From: Eledone cirrhosa
Lineage: Eukaryota
Direction: 5' to 3'
Assembly: GCA_964016885.1 (NCBI GenBank)
Contig: OZ024750.1
Location: forward strand, 8,556,001 to 8,620,000
DNA: 64,000 nt
Position 1 is the first letter of the stretch, and each line of letters opens with the position of its first letter. Shown here in pieces: positions 13,150 through 25,520 of this stretch. The notes below the pieces were generated by a model. The model had not been told where the DNA came from and searched no databases. It saw only the letters and a list, made by a program, of their open reading frames with translations. Made by a program: the position numbers and the translations under genes.

Positions 13150-13590
13150 AATTGTTTCTACTTTTGGCACAAGGCCAGCAATAACCCAGTGTATTACTGG
13201 TACTTTATTTTATCGACCCCCGTAAGGATATAAGGCAAAGTTAACCTCGGCGGGATTTGAACTCTGATCATAAAGGGACGTAACTATGCTGCAAGGCATG
13301 GCGTCCGACCCTCTACTGATACTGCCAAGCCAAATAATAATAATTGTTTCTACTTTAGGCACAAGGCCAGCAATAACCCAGTGCATTACTGGTACTTTGC
13401 CTTTCATCCTTACGGAGTCGATAAAATAAAGTCAAATGGTTTCTAATTTAAGCACAAATCTAACAATTGAGTGTGGGTAAGAAAGGGTATGTCGATTAAA
13501 TCGGTCTTAGTACCTGACTAGTACTTTTTTTATTGACCTTGTATGAAGGAAAGGGAACATTTACTACAGCAGAATTTGAAACCATATTGT
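13150..13590 (-). mobile_element. Stack of three SINE family A copies (young near-full, young truncated with inversion, old)
   Basis: 13150-13330 is near full length. 13334-13432 is a 3' part with an inverted segment at 13394-13432. 13434-13590 is a diverged copy. Confidence 0.88.
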
Positions 13591-13944
13591 AAAGGCAGAA
13601 TCGTTAGAACGTCGGAGAAAAGTCTGTGGTATTAGTTTCGTTCCAAGTTATTGTCATAAACCTCGGTCTTGGTAGTGTTTGAAATCAGAACGTAGAGAGC
13701 CGTATGTAAATACAACAATATATTTTGCTTGACACTCAGGTAATCCTCTGTAAGTCCGGCCACAAAAGGCACTTGATTTAAGTCATTCCACGAATGACCA
13801 CCGGATTTGCACCTAGAAATTTTCCCTCCGAGGTACAAACCAGGCAGAGTAAGATGTCATTGTAAAAGACTAGCTGTCGCCTATGCATACCAGTTTCTCT
13901 TCACGCCCCCAATATTATCTAAGGACGTTTTTCTCAGCTGAGGG

Positions 13945-14045
13945 AACTGGAGCTACGTAAAATAAAATGCCTTGCTTAACGATACACAGTACGACCCTGT
14001 CATGGAATCGAATTCATAACCTCACTATTATAATCCCAACAGTCT
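13945..14045 (-). mobile_element. SINE family C head fragment
   Basis: aaataaaatgccttgcttaa...ggaatcgaattcataacc is the reverse complement of the head and core seen at 51740-51850. Confidence 0.55.
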
Positions 14046-14650
14046 ACCCCCCCCCCCACACACACCATATTTATATATAAATATAATAGAGAGAGAGAGA
14101 GGAATATACCCGCTTTTTTTCGTTTCTACCCCTGCTAACTCTCCTCTATCTTTCTATTTCTTCTTTAATTTCTCATTCTATTTTCTGATGAAGGACTAGC
14201 ATCTGAAACTTAAGACGTTTACTACTATATAAAGCATGAAACTAATATATTAATATATCTTCATTGTACTTCAGCGTATGTTGTATTATTACCGTCCACT
14301 TTTCGCATGCGCACATACACACTGATACACATGCACACACACACACGCACACACATACGCATGCACACGCATACGCACGCACACGCATACCATACACTTG
14401 CGTATATATATAAAGTTCAAGATGAACAACACTAACAGATAGCTGAATACCTACACAGATAAGTGTGAATACTTATATCACTCTTTACAAACTTAATTAA
14501 AGTGATGTTTGTAAGATATGTGGTAATAAATTGAAATTACAACGGTAATTTGAAAAACCATCATTAGTGTAATTGGTGAGGTCTTCCCAAGGGAAATACA
14601 TATACACCTAATAAATATATACATATATATAGACATACACATATAGATAT

Positions 14651-14689
<39 letters not shown>

Positions 14690-14879
14690 GATATACACAC
14701 ACACACATATATATATATATATACACACACACACAGATATACACACACATAAACATATGTATACACACACATATATATATGTATGTGTGTCTCTGTATGT
14801 ATATATGTGTGTGTGTATGTATGTATGTGTGTGTTTAACTTTGTGTTTAAGCGTGTGTATGTACAGATATATAATTTGT

Positions 14880-15200
14880 GTAGGGGAATGGCTTATTGGT
14901 TAGAGAACTGAGTTCAAGATCGTAAGGTCAGGATTTTGATTACCGGTGTCACATTGTGTCATTGATTAACGTAGTTAATTTCATGCAGGTGTCAAAATAA
15001 TTTGTATACCTATAATTGAAGTGAGCATCCTTGTCACGCATACACACACACTCACACACACACTCGCACACGCACACACACTGTAACTGAATTTCACAGA
15101 GAAGTATATGAAGGCACATCTCGACATTAATTTCATGTACAGGCTGGCCCGTTAATTGAATAGATCAAACAATCATCATCGAAACCGACGGATACCCATT
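14880..15200 (+). mobile_element. Old SINE family C copy
   Basis: Degenerate tRNA head (tggcttattggttagagaactg...atcgtaaggtc) and the shared 3' tail (...gaaaccgacgga). Confidence 0.55.
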
Positions 15201-15236
15201 CCATGAATAATTCTATCGCTCTTATGTCTCACTCCC

Positions 15237-15304
<68 letters not shown>

Positions 15305-15412
15305 ACGGTCATAAAGAACATATATATATATTTAAACATAATCATAGATACATATAGGAGTGGGGGCTACCATTACCCGTGTGGGTCGGACTAAAGAAAA
15401 ATTAGGTAAATT

Positions 15413-15497
<85 letters not shown>

Positions 15498-15759
15498 TAT
15501 CTGACTGTTCTTCAAACTTACAATTTATATGTATATATATATTATATATATTGGAATATACAAGTAAATATATGTATATAAAAACGTGTATGCATATGAA
15601 CAAATACACACATGCACACGCATAAACGTGTGTTCATACAAATATACCAACCATCTAACTACCCGGTACGCAGTCAGGCGTTGTATGTGTGTATTTGTAT
15701 ATATATATATACACACACACATACATGTACACACACATATATGTATATACACACACATG

Positions 15760-15791
<32 letters not shown>

Positions 15792-15983
15792 ACTACAACA
15801 TTAATCAATATATCTTTCCTCTTATACATCCATTCTAGAGTGTGATTGACGTGGTTTATGACTGCTATTTCTAATTGATCAAACGACCAGGTAGAGTGTG
15901 CTCCCTACTACGCCACACCACATATCACCCCACGTCATCCATGTATATTTATAAATATAAACAATATACAAATTTCTACTTAC

Positions 15984-16101
15984 CTTTGCCGTGGAATTGT
16001 CTCATAATTTCTAGGTGAGCAGTTTGATGGGGGTATCGCACCCGGTTGTACGATCTCTCGCCGACAGAACGGTAGTTTCAACTCTCTCGCATGTTATCCA
16101 A
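15984..16101 (-). other. Candidate spliced exon (5' UTR plus possible start MRQFHGK, phase-1 donor)
   Basis: Minus-strand acceptor ttctttattcag| before 16101 and a consensus donor AAG|GTAAGT after 15984. The 118-bp interval is CpG-rich and non-repetitive. No frame is open throughout; an ATG near the 3' end gives MRQFHGK+G. Confidence 0.5.
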
Positions 16102-17282
16102 CTGAATAAAGAATGTATTTAGTATGTATAGAATCCAGGAGTAGATACATATAGAACTTCTGAGAAATCTTCAAATATAAACCATAAAATCCGGCTCCAT
16201 TATTCACCAGTGATCGCCTTTATTTAGTCCCAGGTTAGCTCTGACAGAGCTGTCATATGATAAGTCATTCAATTTGTGATTATTCCCGCCTTTTTTTATG
16301 TTTCAGACATAGTGTATCTAGGAATACACTTTTGAATGTGCCGCATATTTTCTTTTTCTTTTGATATAATTTTTTTTATAACATAATAATTATTATTATT
16401 AAATATGCTATGTTATGATATAAGTGATATTTGGCTGCTATTTCTAAATGCCTGTTGGTCCATGTAGAAACAAGACTCGGCACATGGTTAAATTTTTGGG
16501 GGCTTTGTTTTAGTAACTCTTGTGTTCTTAAGTTATTTTAGAAATAAACTAAACAAGATTTTTAATGGAGAGGGGTGATCTGTATAAAGAAAGAATGACT
16601 CGTTATATATGCGTGTGTGTTGTGTGTGTGCGTGTCTGTGTGTGTATGTGCAGGTTACATAATTACCAATACACCGAGAACTATGAATAAAACAGACATA
16701 TGTGTACGTGTGTGTGTTTGTGTGTGTGTGTATTTAGTCCCAGTTTGGGAGTTTTTCAGCAACTTGTAATGGGATGAGAACTGCTCTGTCGAGATCCTAT
16801 TAGTCTGTTGAAAGTTGTAACTATATAAACACCGCAGAAAACCTGTTCTTTTTAGTTTTTTTGAAATTAAATAAAAAAAAAAACAACGCCAACAAAAACT
16901 AAAAAAAAAAAAAAAAAACCAGAAAAGAAAAGGAAAAAAAACTTTTGACCATAGATTTTTTTTAAATTGTTAAATTTTTGTATAAGAGTAACAAGTGTAG
17001 GGTGTGTGTTGAATGTTTACAGAAAGGAAGGTGTGTACAGCTTGGAACCGTTCTCCAATCAGTGTGCCGTAGGCCTGCGCAATACAGATCTGCTGACGGC
17101 GATGTGACAACGATGATGACGACAACAACAATAACTATAACATGAACAACACTGTTGATAATAATAATAATAATAATGAGGAGGAGAAAGAAAGAAGAGT
17201 AACAAGAACAACACTGACAAGAAACACAACAGTAGCAGCAGCAGCACCAACAACAACAACACTCTTAATAATAGTAATAATG

Positions 17283-17505
17283 ATTTTATTTATTGGCCTC
17301 AAGGGCCGATATGTAGGGGACAATACAAAGACAGGGACAGTGGGGGTTACGATAAGATTGAGTAAAAATGCACAACAAAATCAATTTAACAATGAAAAAA
17401 ATATAAAATAAACTGTATAAAAATAACAAAATAAATTCCCCCAATAGGGGTGAAACCACCCAGGGGCGACTCAGGTACCCCCACCAATCCTGAACCTCCC
17501 GAAGA
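17283..17505 (-). mobile_element. Tx1/L1-like LINE 3' UTR fragment
   Basis: ttttatttattggcctcaaggg end. ccccaatagggg is shared with 19664-19675 and a block is shared with 12601-12640. Confidence 0.7.
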
Positions 17506-17509
17506 AAAA

Positions 17510-18182
17510 AGAGCAGCAATAACTCTGACAACAACAGTAGCAGCAACAGTGCGAACAACAACCACAATGATAACAACAGTAGCAGCAGCAACAGAAAGAA
17601 CAGCAACAGCGTGAACAACCACAATGATAACAACAGTAGCAGCAGCAACAGAAAGAACAGCAACAGCAGCAACAACACTAATAACAGCAGTAGCAGCAAC
17701 AGAAAGAACAACAGCAGCAACAACAATAACAGCAACAGAAAGAACACTAAAAACAACAACAGTAGCAACAACAAGAGTAGCAACAACAACAACAACAGTA
17801 GCAACAGCAACAGTAGCAACAACAACAGTAGCAACAGCAACAGTAGCAACAACAACAGTAGCAACAGCAACAGTAATAACAACAACAGTAGCAACAAAAC
17901 GAACAACACTAATAACAACAGTAGCAGCAACAGAAAGAGCAGCAGCAGTAGCAGCAACAACACTAATAACAGCAGTAGCAGCAACAGAAAGAACAGCAGC
18001 AGTAGCAGCAGCAGCAACAACACTAATAACAGCAGTAGCAGCAACAGAATAAACAGCAACGACAACAATAACAGCAACAGAAAGAACACTAAAAACAACA
18101 GTAATAACAAGAGTAGCAACAACAACAACAACAACAGTAGCAACAGCAACAAAACGAACAACAACAACACTAATAAGAACAA
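17510..18182. repeat. Compound (AAC/AGC/AGT)n trinucleotide satellite with higher-order units
   Basis: Recurrent sub-units such as aacaacactaataacagcagtagcagcaacagaaagaac. This tract explains the poly-L/N/S/T ORFs. Confidence 0.95.
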
Positions 18183-18472
18183 TTCACACAGTGGTAGAAG
18201 TTTAACGTGGGTTTACATTCCATACCAAAATAATTCAAATATATTTTGTAGACATCTCGCTACTTTCTTATTCTGATTCCTTAGAAAGAATTCTTGTTTC
18301 TTTTATTTTCTATTTCTATATATGTGTATTGCTGTATTTATTGATATATTTGTTTATTCAGCATTGTGTTCTTCCTTCCGATAATTCCAAACATCCAATG
18401 GAATGCGAGATCACCGGAATTTCATGTGTTCATGTGGCTTGTATTTCCAAACTTTTGTGCGCGCAATCGCGT

Positions 18473-18828
18473 GAGGCGTGCAAAATGTATAAGTGAGTGT
18501 GTGTGTGTGCTTATTGGGGAGGGGGAGATATGTGCCTTAGAATTGTATGTGTATGTGTAAAATTTATGTAGTGTGTGTGGGTGTGTGGGTATATATATAT
18601 ATATGTGTGTGTGTATATATATGTGTATATGTGTGTGTTTGCATGTGTTTGTCTCCTAACTTAGAGGTTCGACAGAAAAGAGGCGTGCAAAATGTATAAG
18701 TGTGTGTGTGTGTGTGTGTGTGTGCTTATTGGGGAGGGGGAGATATATGCCTTAGAATTGTATGCATATATGTTGAAATGTGTGTGTGTGTAACATTTAT
18801 GTACCATGTGTGTGTAGGTATATATATA

Positions 18829-18874
<46 letters not shown>

Positions 18875-18920
18875 TATTTGCATGTGTTTCTGTCTCCTAA
18901 CTTAGAGGTTCGACAGAAAA
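18473..18920. repeat. Tandem duplication (207-bp and 241-bp units)
   Basis: Both units run gaggcgtgcaaaatgtataag...gcttattggggagggggagat...cttagaggttcgacagaaaa and differ mainly in microsatellite length. Confidence 0.9.
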
Positions 18921-19012
18921 GAGATCGATAAAAGTACTTGTTTCGATATAATTGACTAAACCAAGGCGGTGCACCAGCATGACCGCACTCTAATGACAGT
19001 GCAATATAAGAG
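18895..19012 (+). mobile_element. 3' part of another SINE family (Octopus OK-like tail)
   Basis: gataaaagtac...aaggcggtgcaccagcatgaccgcactctaatgac resembles the cephalopod SINE tail ggcggtgctccagcatggccgcag, recognised from memory only. A more degraded copy lies near 59925-60055. Confidence 0.55.
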
Positions 19013-19164
19013 TAATATATATAAATAGATGTATGTGTGCGTGTGTGTGTGGATGTGTATATCACACACACACACACACTATAGTGTTTTGTGCGTGTAT
19101 TTATTTATTATATATATATATATATATAAGATGTATGTATGTTTGTGTGTGTTTGGTATTTGTA

Positions 19165-19217
<53 letters not shown>

Positions 19218-19552
19218 CGAGTCTATTGCGAGAAAAGATGAAAAGACAAAAGTGTCTTTTCTCACGCTTGTAACAGTTGTTAATGAGTAAGTAATTATAA
19301 GAGAGAGAGAGAGAGGCTTGGGGGTGATAGAGAGAGAGGAAGCGGAAGAAGAGTAGTTCGAAAGTGAACGGCAAGACAGAAAAGCAACCAACTAAAGAAA
19401 AACAAAATTTTGTGTGGGAGGAGAAGGTGGTAGTTGAGAGAGTAATGGAGTTGAAGGAGGGGGATTAGGAAAAGGAAGATGAGAAAGTAAGAGAAGAGAA
19501 AGAAGGAAGAAAACGTAAAGTGTAACAAAACATACAGACATGGAGAGATAAA

Positions 19553-20332
19553 TTTCTTTATTAGCCACAAGGGCACAAAGGAAGGGGACAAATACAAATG
19601 GAGTTTACATACAGGTATATGAAAATAAAGCTATTAATAAAATAACAAATAACAATTGAAATCCCCAATAGGGGGGAGGCGTTACACAGGGGTTGTACAC
19701 ACCCCGAAAAAAATGTACAACCCTCATCTCCAGGAGCACCAAGAGTGAGTACTCCCTTCCTCTCTTCTTTTTCCTCAACCTACAGGCTTATATAGAAAGA
19801 AAGCCCAACCCCTCGGGCCATCTTTGCCACATTTATCCACCTTTCATAAAATTTGCTGGGGCACAGCATCTCTCTCTCCATCCTGATTCTTCTTCCAAAA
19901 TGATATTTGAAAAAACGAATCAGTTGTTCGCCGGAGAGAAAGGTGTCTGACCTCAGCCCTTTTAACCTCGTCCACCATATAACCTCTTTCACCATAGCCA
20001 TAACACATAGAAAAACCGCCTCTCCTTCGTTTTTGAAGGAGGGTGGCGGTTTGATCATGACAATGGACTCGGTGGTCAACTGGATTGGTCCCACCCGCGA
20101 CAATAGTCTTTCTACATAGCCCCACAGGTCGGTAACGCCCGGGCAGTGTACAAATGCGTGCGCGACGGTTTCTTCGTCTCGCACGCATCTCGGACAGATC
20201 TTTTTCGAAGGGTCCCTGCTCGGGCGGCCGTGTCTGTAGAGCTTGTCTCGAACTGGTAGAGCTCCTCGGTAGCACTGCCAGGCCAGGGACTTTTGGAAGT
20301 TGTCCATCGGTCCCGGGCGGAAGGTCCTACCG
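19553..20332 (-). mobile_element. 5'-truncated L1/Tx1-clade LINE: ORF2 C-terminal zf-RVT domain plus 3' UTR
   Basis: The ORF 19780-20661 contains LAWQCYRGALPVRDKL...CPRCVRDEETVAHAFVHCPGVTDLW (CX2C...HX4C zf-RVT) with an intact frame to the stop at 19780. The 3' UTR ends with AATAA-AGAAA. Possible degenerate TSD atgga(g/c)agata at 19540-19550 and 20333-20343. The N-terminal part of the ORF is only GATA/GA repeat. Confidence 0.9.
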
Positions 20333-20893
20333 ATGGACAGATAGACAGTCAAATAGTTATAGTTAGTTTGAGAGAGATAGGTAGATAGATAGATAAAGAA
20401 ATAGACAGTCAAACAGAGGGAGAGATTGGTAGATAGATAGAGAAAGGAAGAAATAAACAGGCAATCAAACAGATAGAGATAGTTAGAGAGAGAGAGATAT
20501 ATATAGACAGTCAAACAGATAGATGAATAGAGGCACATAGAGCGAATGAAGGATAAACAGGGAAAAAGAGAGAGAGAGAGAGTGAAATATTGTGAGAGAG
20601 AAACATGAATGAAGAGATAGAGAGAATATGTGAAAGAGGGATAGGAAGAAAGGGGTGGCATGATAGAGAAAGGAATGAGAGAAGTGTGGGGGGGGGGGGA
20701 CTAGAAATAGAGAGAGATATATTGGAAGAGAAAGAAGGAAAAGGTGAAGACTTGAATGTTTGAATGGAAGACAGGCAGAAAATCAGGAGACAAGATATAT
20801 AGAGAGGGGGAGAAGTAGTATGGCTGGTTAATGTCGTGGTGGTGGGGAGGTGTGTGTGTATATATGTACTGTATGTGTGTGTGTGTGAGGTGC

Positions 20894-20924
<31 letters not shown>

Positions 20925-20947
20925 CGCACACACAACGCACGCGCACA

Positions 20948-21059
20948 CACCTCTTTACTTCCCTCTGATATCCCCATGTATATGTATTTGTGTGTGTATG
21001 TGTGTGTGCCCGTACGCGTCTGTATGTATGTATATATATATATATATACGCACACGCAG

Positions 21060-21104
<45 letters not shown>

Positions 21105-21227
21105 TGTGTGTGCGTCTATATATATACATACATACATACATACATACACGCGCACAGGCACACATAGACACACACATACACACACAAATACATATACATG
21201 GGGATATGAGAGGGAAGGAAAGAGGTG
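20948..21227. repeat. ~280-bp fold-back inverted repeat centred on (TA)n
   Basis: cacctctttacttccctctgatatccccatgtatatgtatttg... is mirrored by ...caaatacatatacatggggatatgagagggaaggaaagaggtg. Confidence 0.9.
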
Positions 21228-21618
21228 AGCTGTAGGAGGAGGGGGGGGGGGGTAATTAGATATGAGTTGTGTGTGGGAGTGAGGTGTAGTGAGTAAGGGT
21301 GGGAGGAGGGATATTGAGAAATTAACTTAAGAAACTTGTCAGAAATTTTCTTTGGATTCTGTATATATGTAGTCTGTATGTATGTACGTGTGCGTATATG
21401 TACCGATGTATGTGTGTAACTATATATATATATTTAGTCATTTCACTTTGTATATATATATATATATATGTGTATGTATGTATGTATGTATGTATGTATG
21501 TATATATATATGAGCGTATGTATATATGTATACATATATATATATATATATATTTATGAATATGAAATTGTGACTACTTATATGTGAGCTTGTCTCTCTC
21601 TCTATCTATCTGTGTGTG

Positions 21619-21653
<35 letters not shown>

Positions 21654-22569
21654 TAGCATATATATATATATCGTATGTTTGTATGCGTGATATGTGTGTT
21701 TTACGTGTCTATGTGATGCAATGCGCCCCACTCTACAGATCGTCAGAATCAACAGTTGAGTGCTGGATTAAATACTTAGCAGTATTTAGTTTCTGATTTC
21801 AAATCCTACCGAAGTTAGAAGCTCTGCGGGAGTGACTAGATCAATACAATATGTACAAGTCAAGTACGGAAGAATTGATCAATTTGTCTGTTCACTGTAT
21901 TTACTTCTCTTCTATAAGATTAACTTGACTTTATGAGTATTTGAGATGCGCTTTAGGCCTGTGATTGGTTAACATGTTTCATTGTCGGACAAAATGGCTT
22001 GCTGTATTCTGTTAGGGTCCTTTATGGTATGAGTTCTTATCTTAGTTCAAATCCTTTCCGGGATAACTTTGCTTTTCATTTTTCCAGGGTTGACAAAATA
22101 AAGTATACCTTTGGATGTCGTTAGCATGTCCACTCTGTTACAAGCATACGGGTCAGGTCCTAGGGTTTTGATATAGTTGACTGTTTCCTCATCCCAAATA
22201 CGTAGTCCTGTTCCAACGTTAAAATTCCCTATTGAAGATGGCTATAGTGTAGATAACAATATCGTTCCACCAAAAACCGAGTTTGGGAATCTACGTCCGC
22301 TGCAATCCTTGCAATAATGTGTGTTAATTTTTTTCCCAAATATTCTTTCTGTCCGGCTATATATTTTTTTATCTGAATTCCAAAAATGGAGTCTTTCGAT
22401 ACTCTCGTGCGACCTGCAAGAAATAGTAGCGAAAACCACTTCAATTCACACGATGCTGTGTTAAATATGAAAGGGCCCATTTGATAATGTAGTCCTAGAT
22501 AAACCTGAAAAAAGGGCGTCACGTCATTGCTAAAAATGCTTTTATTCGTAGGTGTAGTCGATCATTAGA

Positions 22570-22840
22570 GGGGACCTGGAACCCAAACCCACCAACAGCA
22601 ACATACGACATATACTCATGACTCATTCGTCTTTCTTCCTCTCATTAGTCATGCTGCATCCTAACCATTATCTTTAGTGCTTCCTGCATAGAATGTTGAC
22701 CATCTGGCAGTCTCTCCCTACTTATATATTTCTCAAAGGAATTCACCTGCATCAGTATAAACAGCATTGGTCTCTCCGGTCTGGAAGGGCCTGTGAAGGT
22801 CATGGGCTATTCCTTTTCCGCCTGACCCACCTAATAAGGA
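22570..22840 (+). mobile_element. Degraded CR1/L2-group LINE 3' remnant
   Basis: Translation from 22678 gives CFLHRMLTIWQSLPTYIF...LHQYKQ, resembling the terminal SFFPRT..LWNSLP..F motif of CR1/L2 ORF2. Confidence 0.5.
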
Positions 22841-23820
22841 ACTAAACAACATCTATGTCGACTAATTCTTTATCAGATGTATCCTTACTCCGGCTATTGT
22901 TTACCTTTACCTTTACCTCACTAGGAGGTATCTCTACCGAATACGGGTCTTCGGAATTGCTTCTGTCATATTTATGACATCAGTATCAGCTAATTCCCTC
23001 ACTCCAGGCGTTATTTTCACCCAGTCATTGTTTATTTAATTGAGAAGAATAGAAGTAACATTGTAGCTTCTAATTAAACTCTCGACATATGTCTGTGTGA
23101 GTATTTTGGTGTTAATACATGTCTATGTTTATAACAGTATGTATACTGTTATATGTTAAAATATTTGTATGTTTATGTATGCATATGTATAGAATGTGTG
23201 CGCTTGTTGAAGAGAAGATACCTTTTTATGTCTGTGTCTGTGTATGTCTGTGTGTATGTCTGTAAGTGTGTTTGCACCTGTGTTTGTATATGTATTAGCA
23301 CAGCGCATTACAATACTGAACATGAAACAAAAGAAAAAAATAGATATATTAGTTAAAACACACACACATACGCACGCGCACACGCACACACACACACACA
23401 CACACTTCTTTTTCTTCACACACACACACACACACACACACACAGCCAGAAAGTTAAAGAAGGAAGGTTTATTAATACTAAAATACAAATTCTACACTCG
23501 AATAGAGCAGAGGTGAGATAAACTATAAAAGTAATACGGAAATTAGTGTTAAACAATTTTAAATCCGGCGATGATAATTTTATCAGTTATAATATCATGG
23601 TTCCTATGATCTTTTGCTGCCCACTACAAAATGCTGCATCAATGCGTCACTATCATTGTTTCATCCACAAGAGTAAGCATAGACCGGTAGTCCAAAATAA
23701 TTATAAAAGACTTATAAGAAAATATGGAAATAATATTTAATAAAAAAAATACAAAATCAAACCGTACGGGACGTAACTATATACCGCAAGTGGTACTGTC
23801 AATCTATTATATATATATAT

Positions 23821-24012
23821 AACAAAGATATGTGGTAAGATACCAGGTGGACCATACGCACCAGAGTACTCAATATTTAGGATAGTAGAGTGGGTAATAG
23901 GAAGAGAGTCAGGACCCCGACGGCTGAACTCCGTCCGTTTCGACAGCTAGATTCGGATCTAGCTGTCGAAACGGCTGGAGCTCAGCCGTCGGGGTCCTCA
24001 CTCTTTTCCTAT
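23821..24012 (-). mobile_element. Fold-back element with hammerhead 3' half (Penelope-like derivative), copy 1
   Basis: Hairpin 23897-24012 with axis at 23954/5. It has a stem II-GAAA-palindromic stem III-GUC layout, its tail matches the reverse complement of 36360-36440, and it is flanked by (TA)n. Confidence 0.7.
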
Positions 24013-24021
24013 ATATATATA

Positions 24022-24212
24022 TATTATAAAGAATCGGAACCCGATGGCGGAGCTCTTGCCGTTTCGATAGCTAGTTCCAGAACTAGCTGTTGAAACGGTC
24101 GGAGTTCAGCCGTCGGGTTGCGACTCTTTACAATATAACCATACTCTACTTCCCCAAGTATCAAGTACTCTGTTGCGTAATGGTCTTACTAGTTTCAAAC
24201 TGGTTCTATCCT
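24022..24212 (+). mobile_element. Fold-back element with hammerhead 3' half (Penelope-like derivative), copy 2
   Basis: Hairpin 24022-24135 with axis at 24078/9, then the tail ctctacttccccaagtatcaagtactctgttgcgtaatggtc, ending in (TA)n. Confidence 0.7.
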
Positions 24213-24617
24213 GATATATATATATATATATATATGATGATGATGATGCAGATGTGCAACGAAAGAACTTTGATAGACTATATATTTATATCTGTATTTT
24301 TAACCGTTGGTCAATCAATGATAAACGTTGATTGCCAAATAAATTAACTATGAAGATATAAAAGATTCAGAAGCAAAAACCAACCAAACAGTGAGTGTGT
24401 TCTGTTATTATTTCTGGCAATATTATTATAACTATATATATATATATATATATATATGTGTATATAATAGATTGACAGTACCACTTGCGGTATATAGTTA
24501 CGGTTTGATTTTGTATTTTTTATTAAATATTATTTCCATATTTTCTCATAAGTCTTTTATAATTATTTTGGAATACCGGTCTATATATATACCTGATATA
24601 TATATATATATATATAC

Positions 24618-24670
<53 letters not shown>

Positions 24671-25520
24671 CGATGGCTAAAAGGTCACTGGAGAATAAAA
24701 TGATTCCATTCATTTTAATATAAATTTATACATATATTAATATCCATTTTGCGGACAATACCTAATGTTTCTAACACCTCCAGCCGTTAACTGACTGGTA
24801 TGTAGCCTTTTTTAACGGGCTGCACAAAGAGCAAGTTTTAGCAGGAAATTAATGCATGTATAGAAAATTGGTGAAATATCAAGATTAACACTAAAAAGCA
24901 AAAAAAAAAGTCGGAAATATCGAGAAATTTTCGGCTCCCTGCTGCTTTCCAATATTAATCGTTCATCGCTACATTTCAAACAGTACTTATTTGTTCTTTT
25001 ATTAAACCTTCGTCTTTTTGTCTTCTCCGCTGATATAGGCATCATACATATTTTACACCTGTGAGTGCTAGACACATAAACTTATGTACGGAAAGATATT
25101 CTTTTAACTGGTTTTAGTCTTTGAACTGCAGTCAGTTACTGTAATATATATCATATACAAGTATATATAAGATATACGATATTTTGGAGAGTCCTTTTAT
25201 TTAACAATGGTCTTTGGTTATAGTTTCGTTGTAAACATGAATTAATTTCATATATTATTTATTGTGATCTTTAAGATGTTTTGCCCGAAAAAATATTTCA
25301 AATAAAATATGATAATCCAAATTTTCGAAAATAAAGACAGCTTTGTCACAGACATAATATTTTGCTCGCACTCCTCAGGAATTACGTTAAGGGTGTATAT
25401 GTCTCTGAAATACTCAACCACTTAAACGTTAATTCCAAGAGTAGGGTGTTCCGAAGATGAAACAACGGTAACACTCATCGTTGAAACAGTTGAACACCCA
25501 TTCTATATATATATATATAT

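Noticed and set aside
17286-18276. Poly-Leu and Asn/Ser/Thr-rich ORFs
   Set aside because: Trinucleotide satellite open in several frames, with no splice or domain support.
23821-24212. Endogenous parvovirus terminal repeat
   Set aside because: No NS1 or capsid remnants nearby, and the units recur singly elsewhere with hammerhead-half layout.
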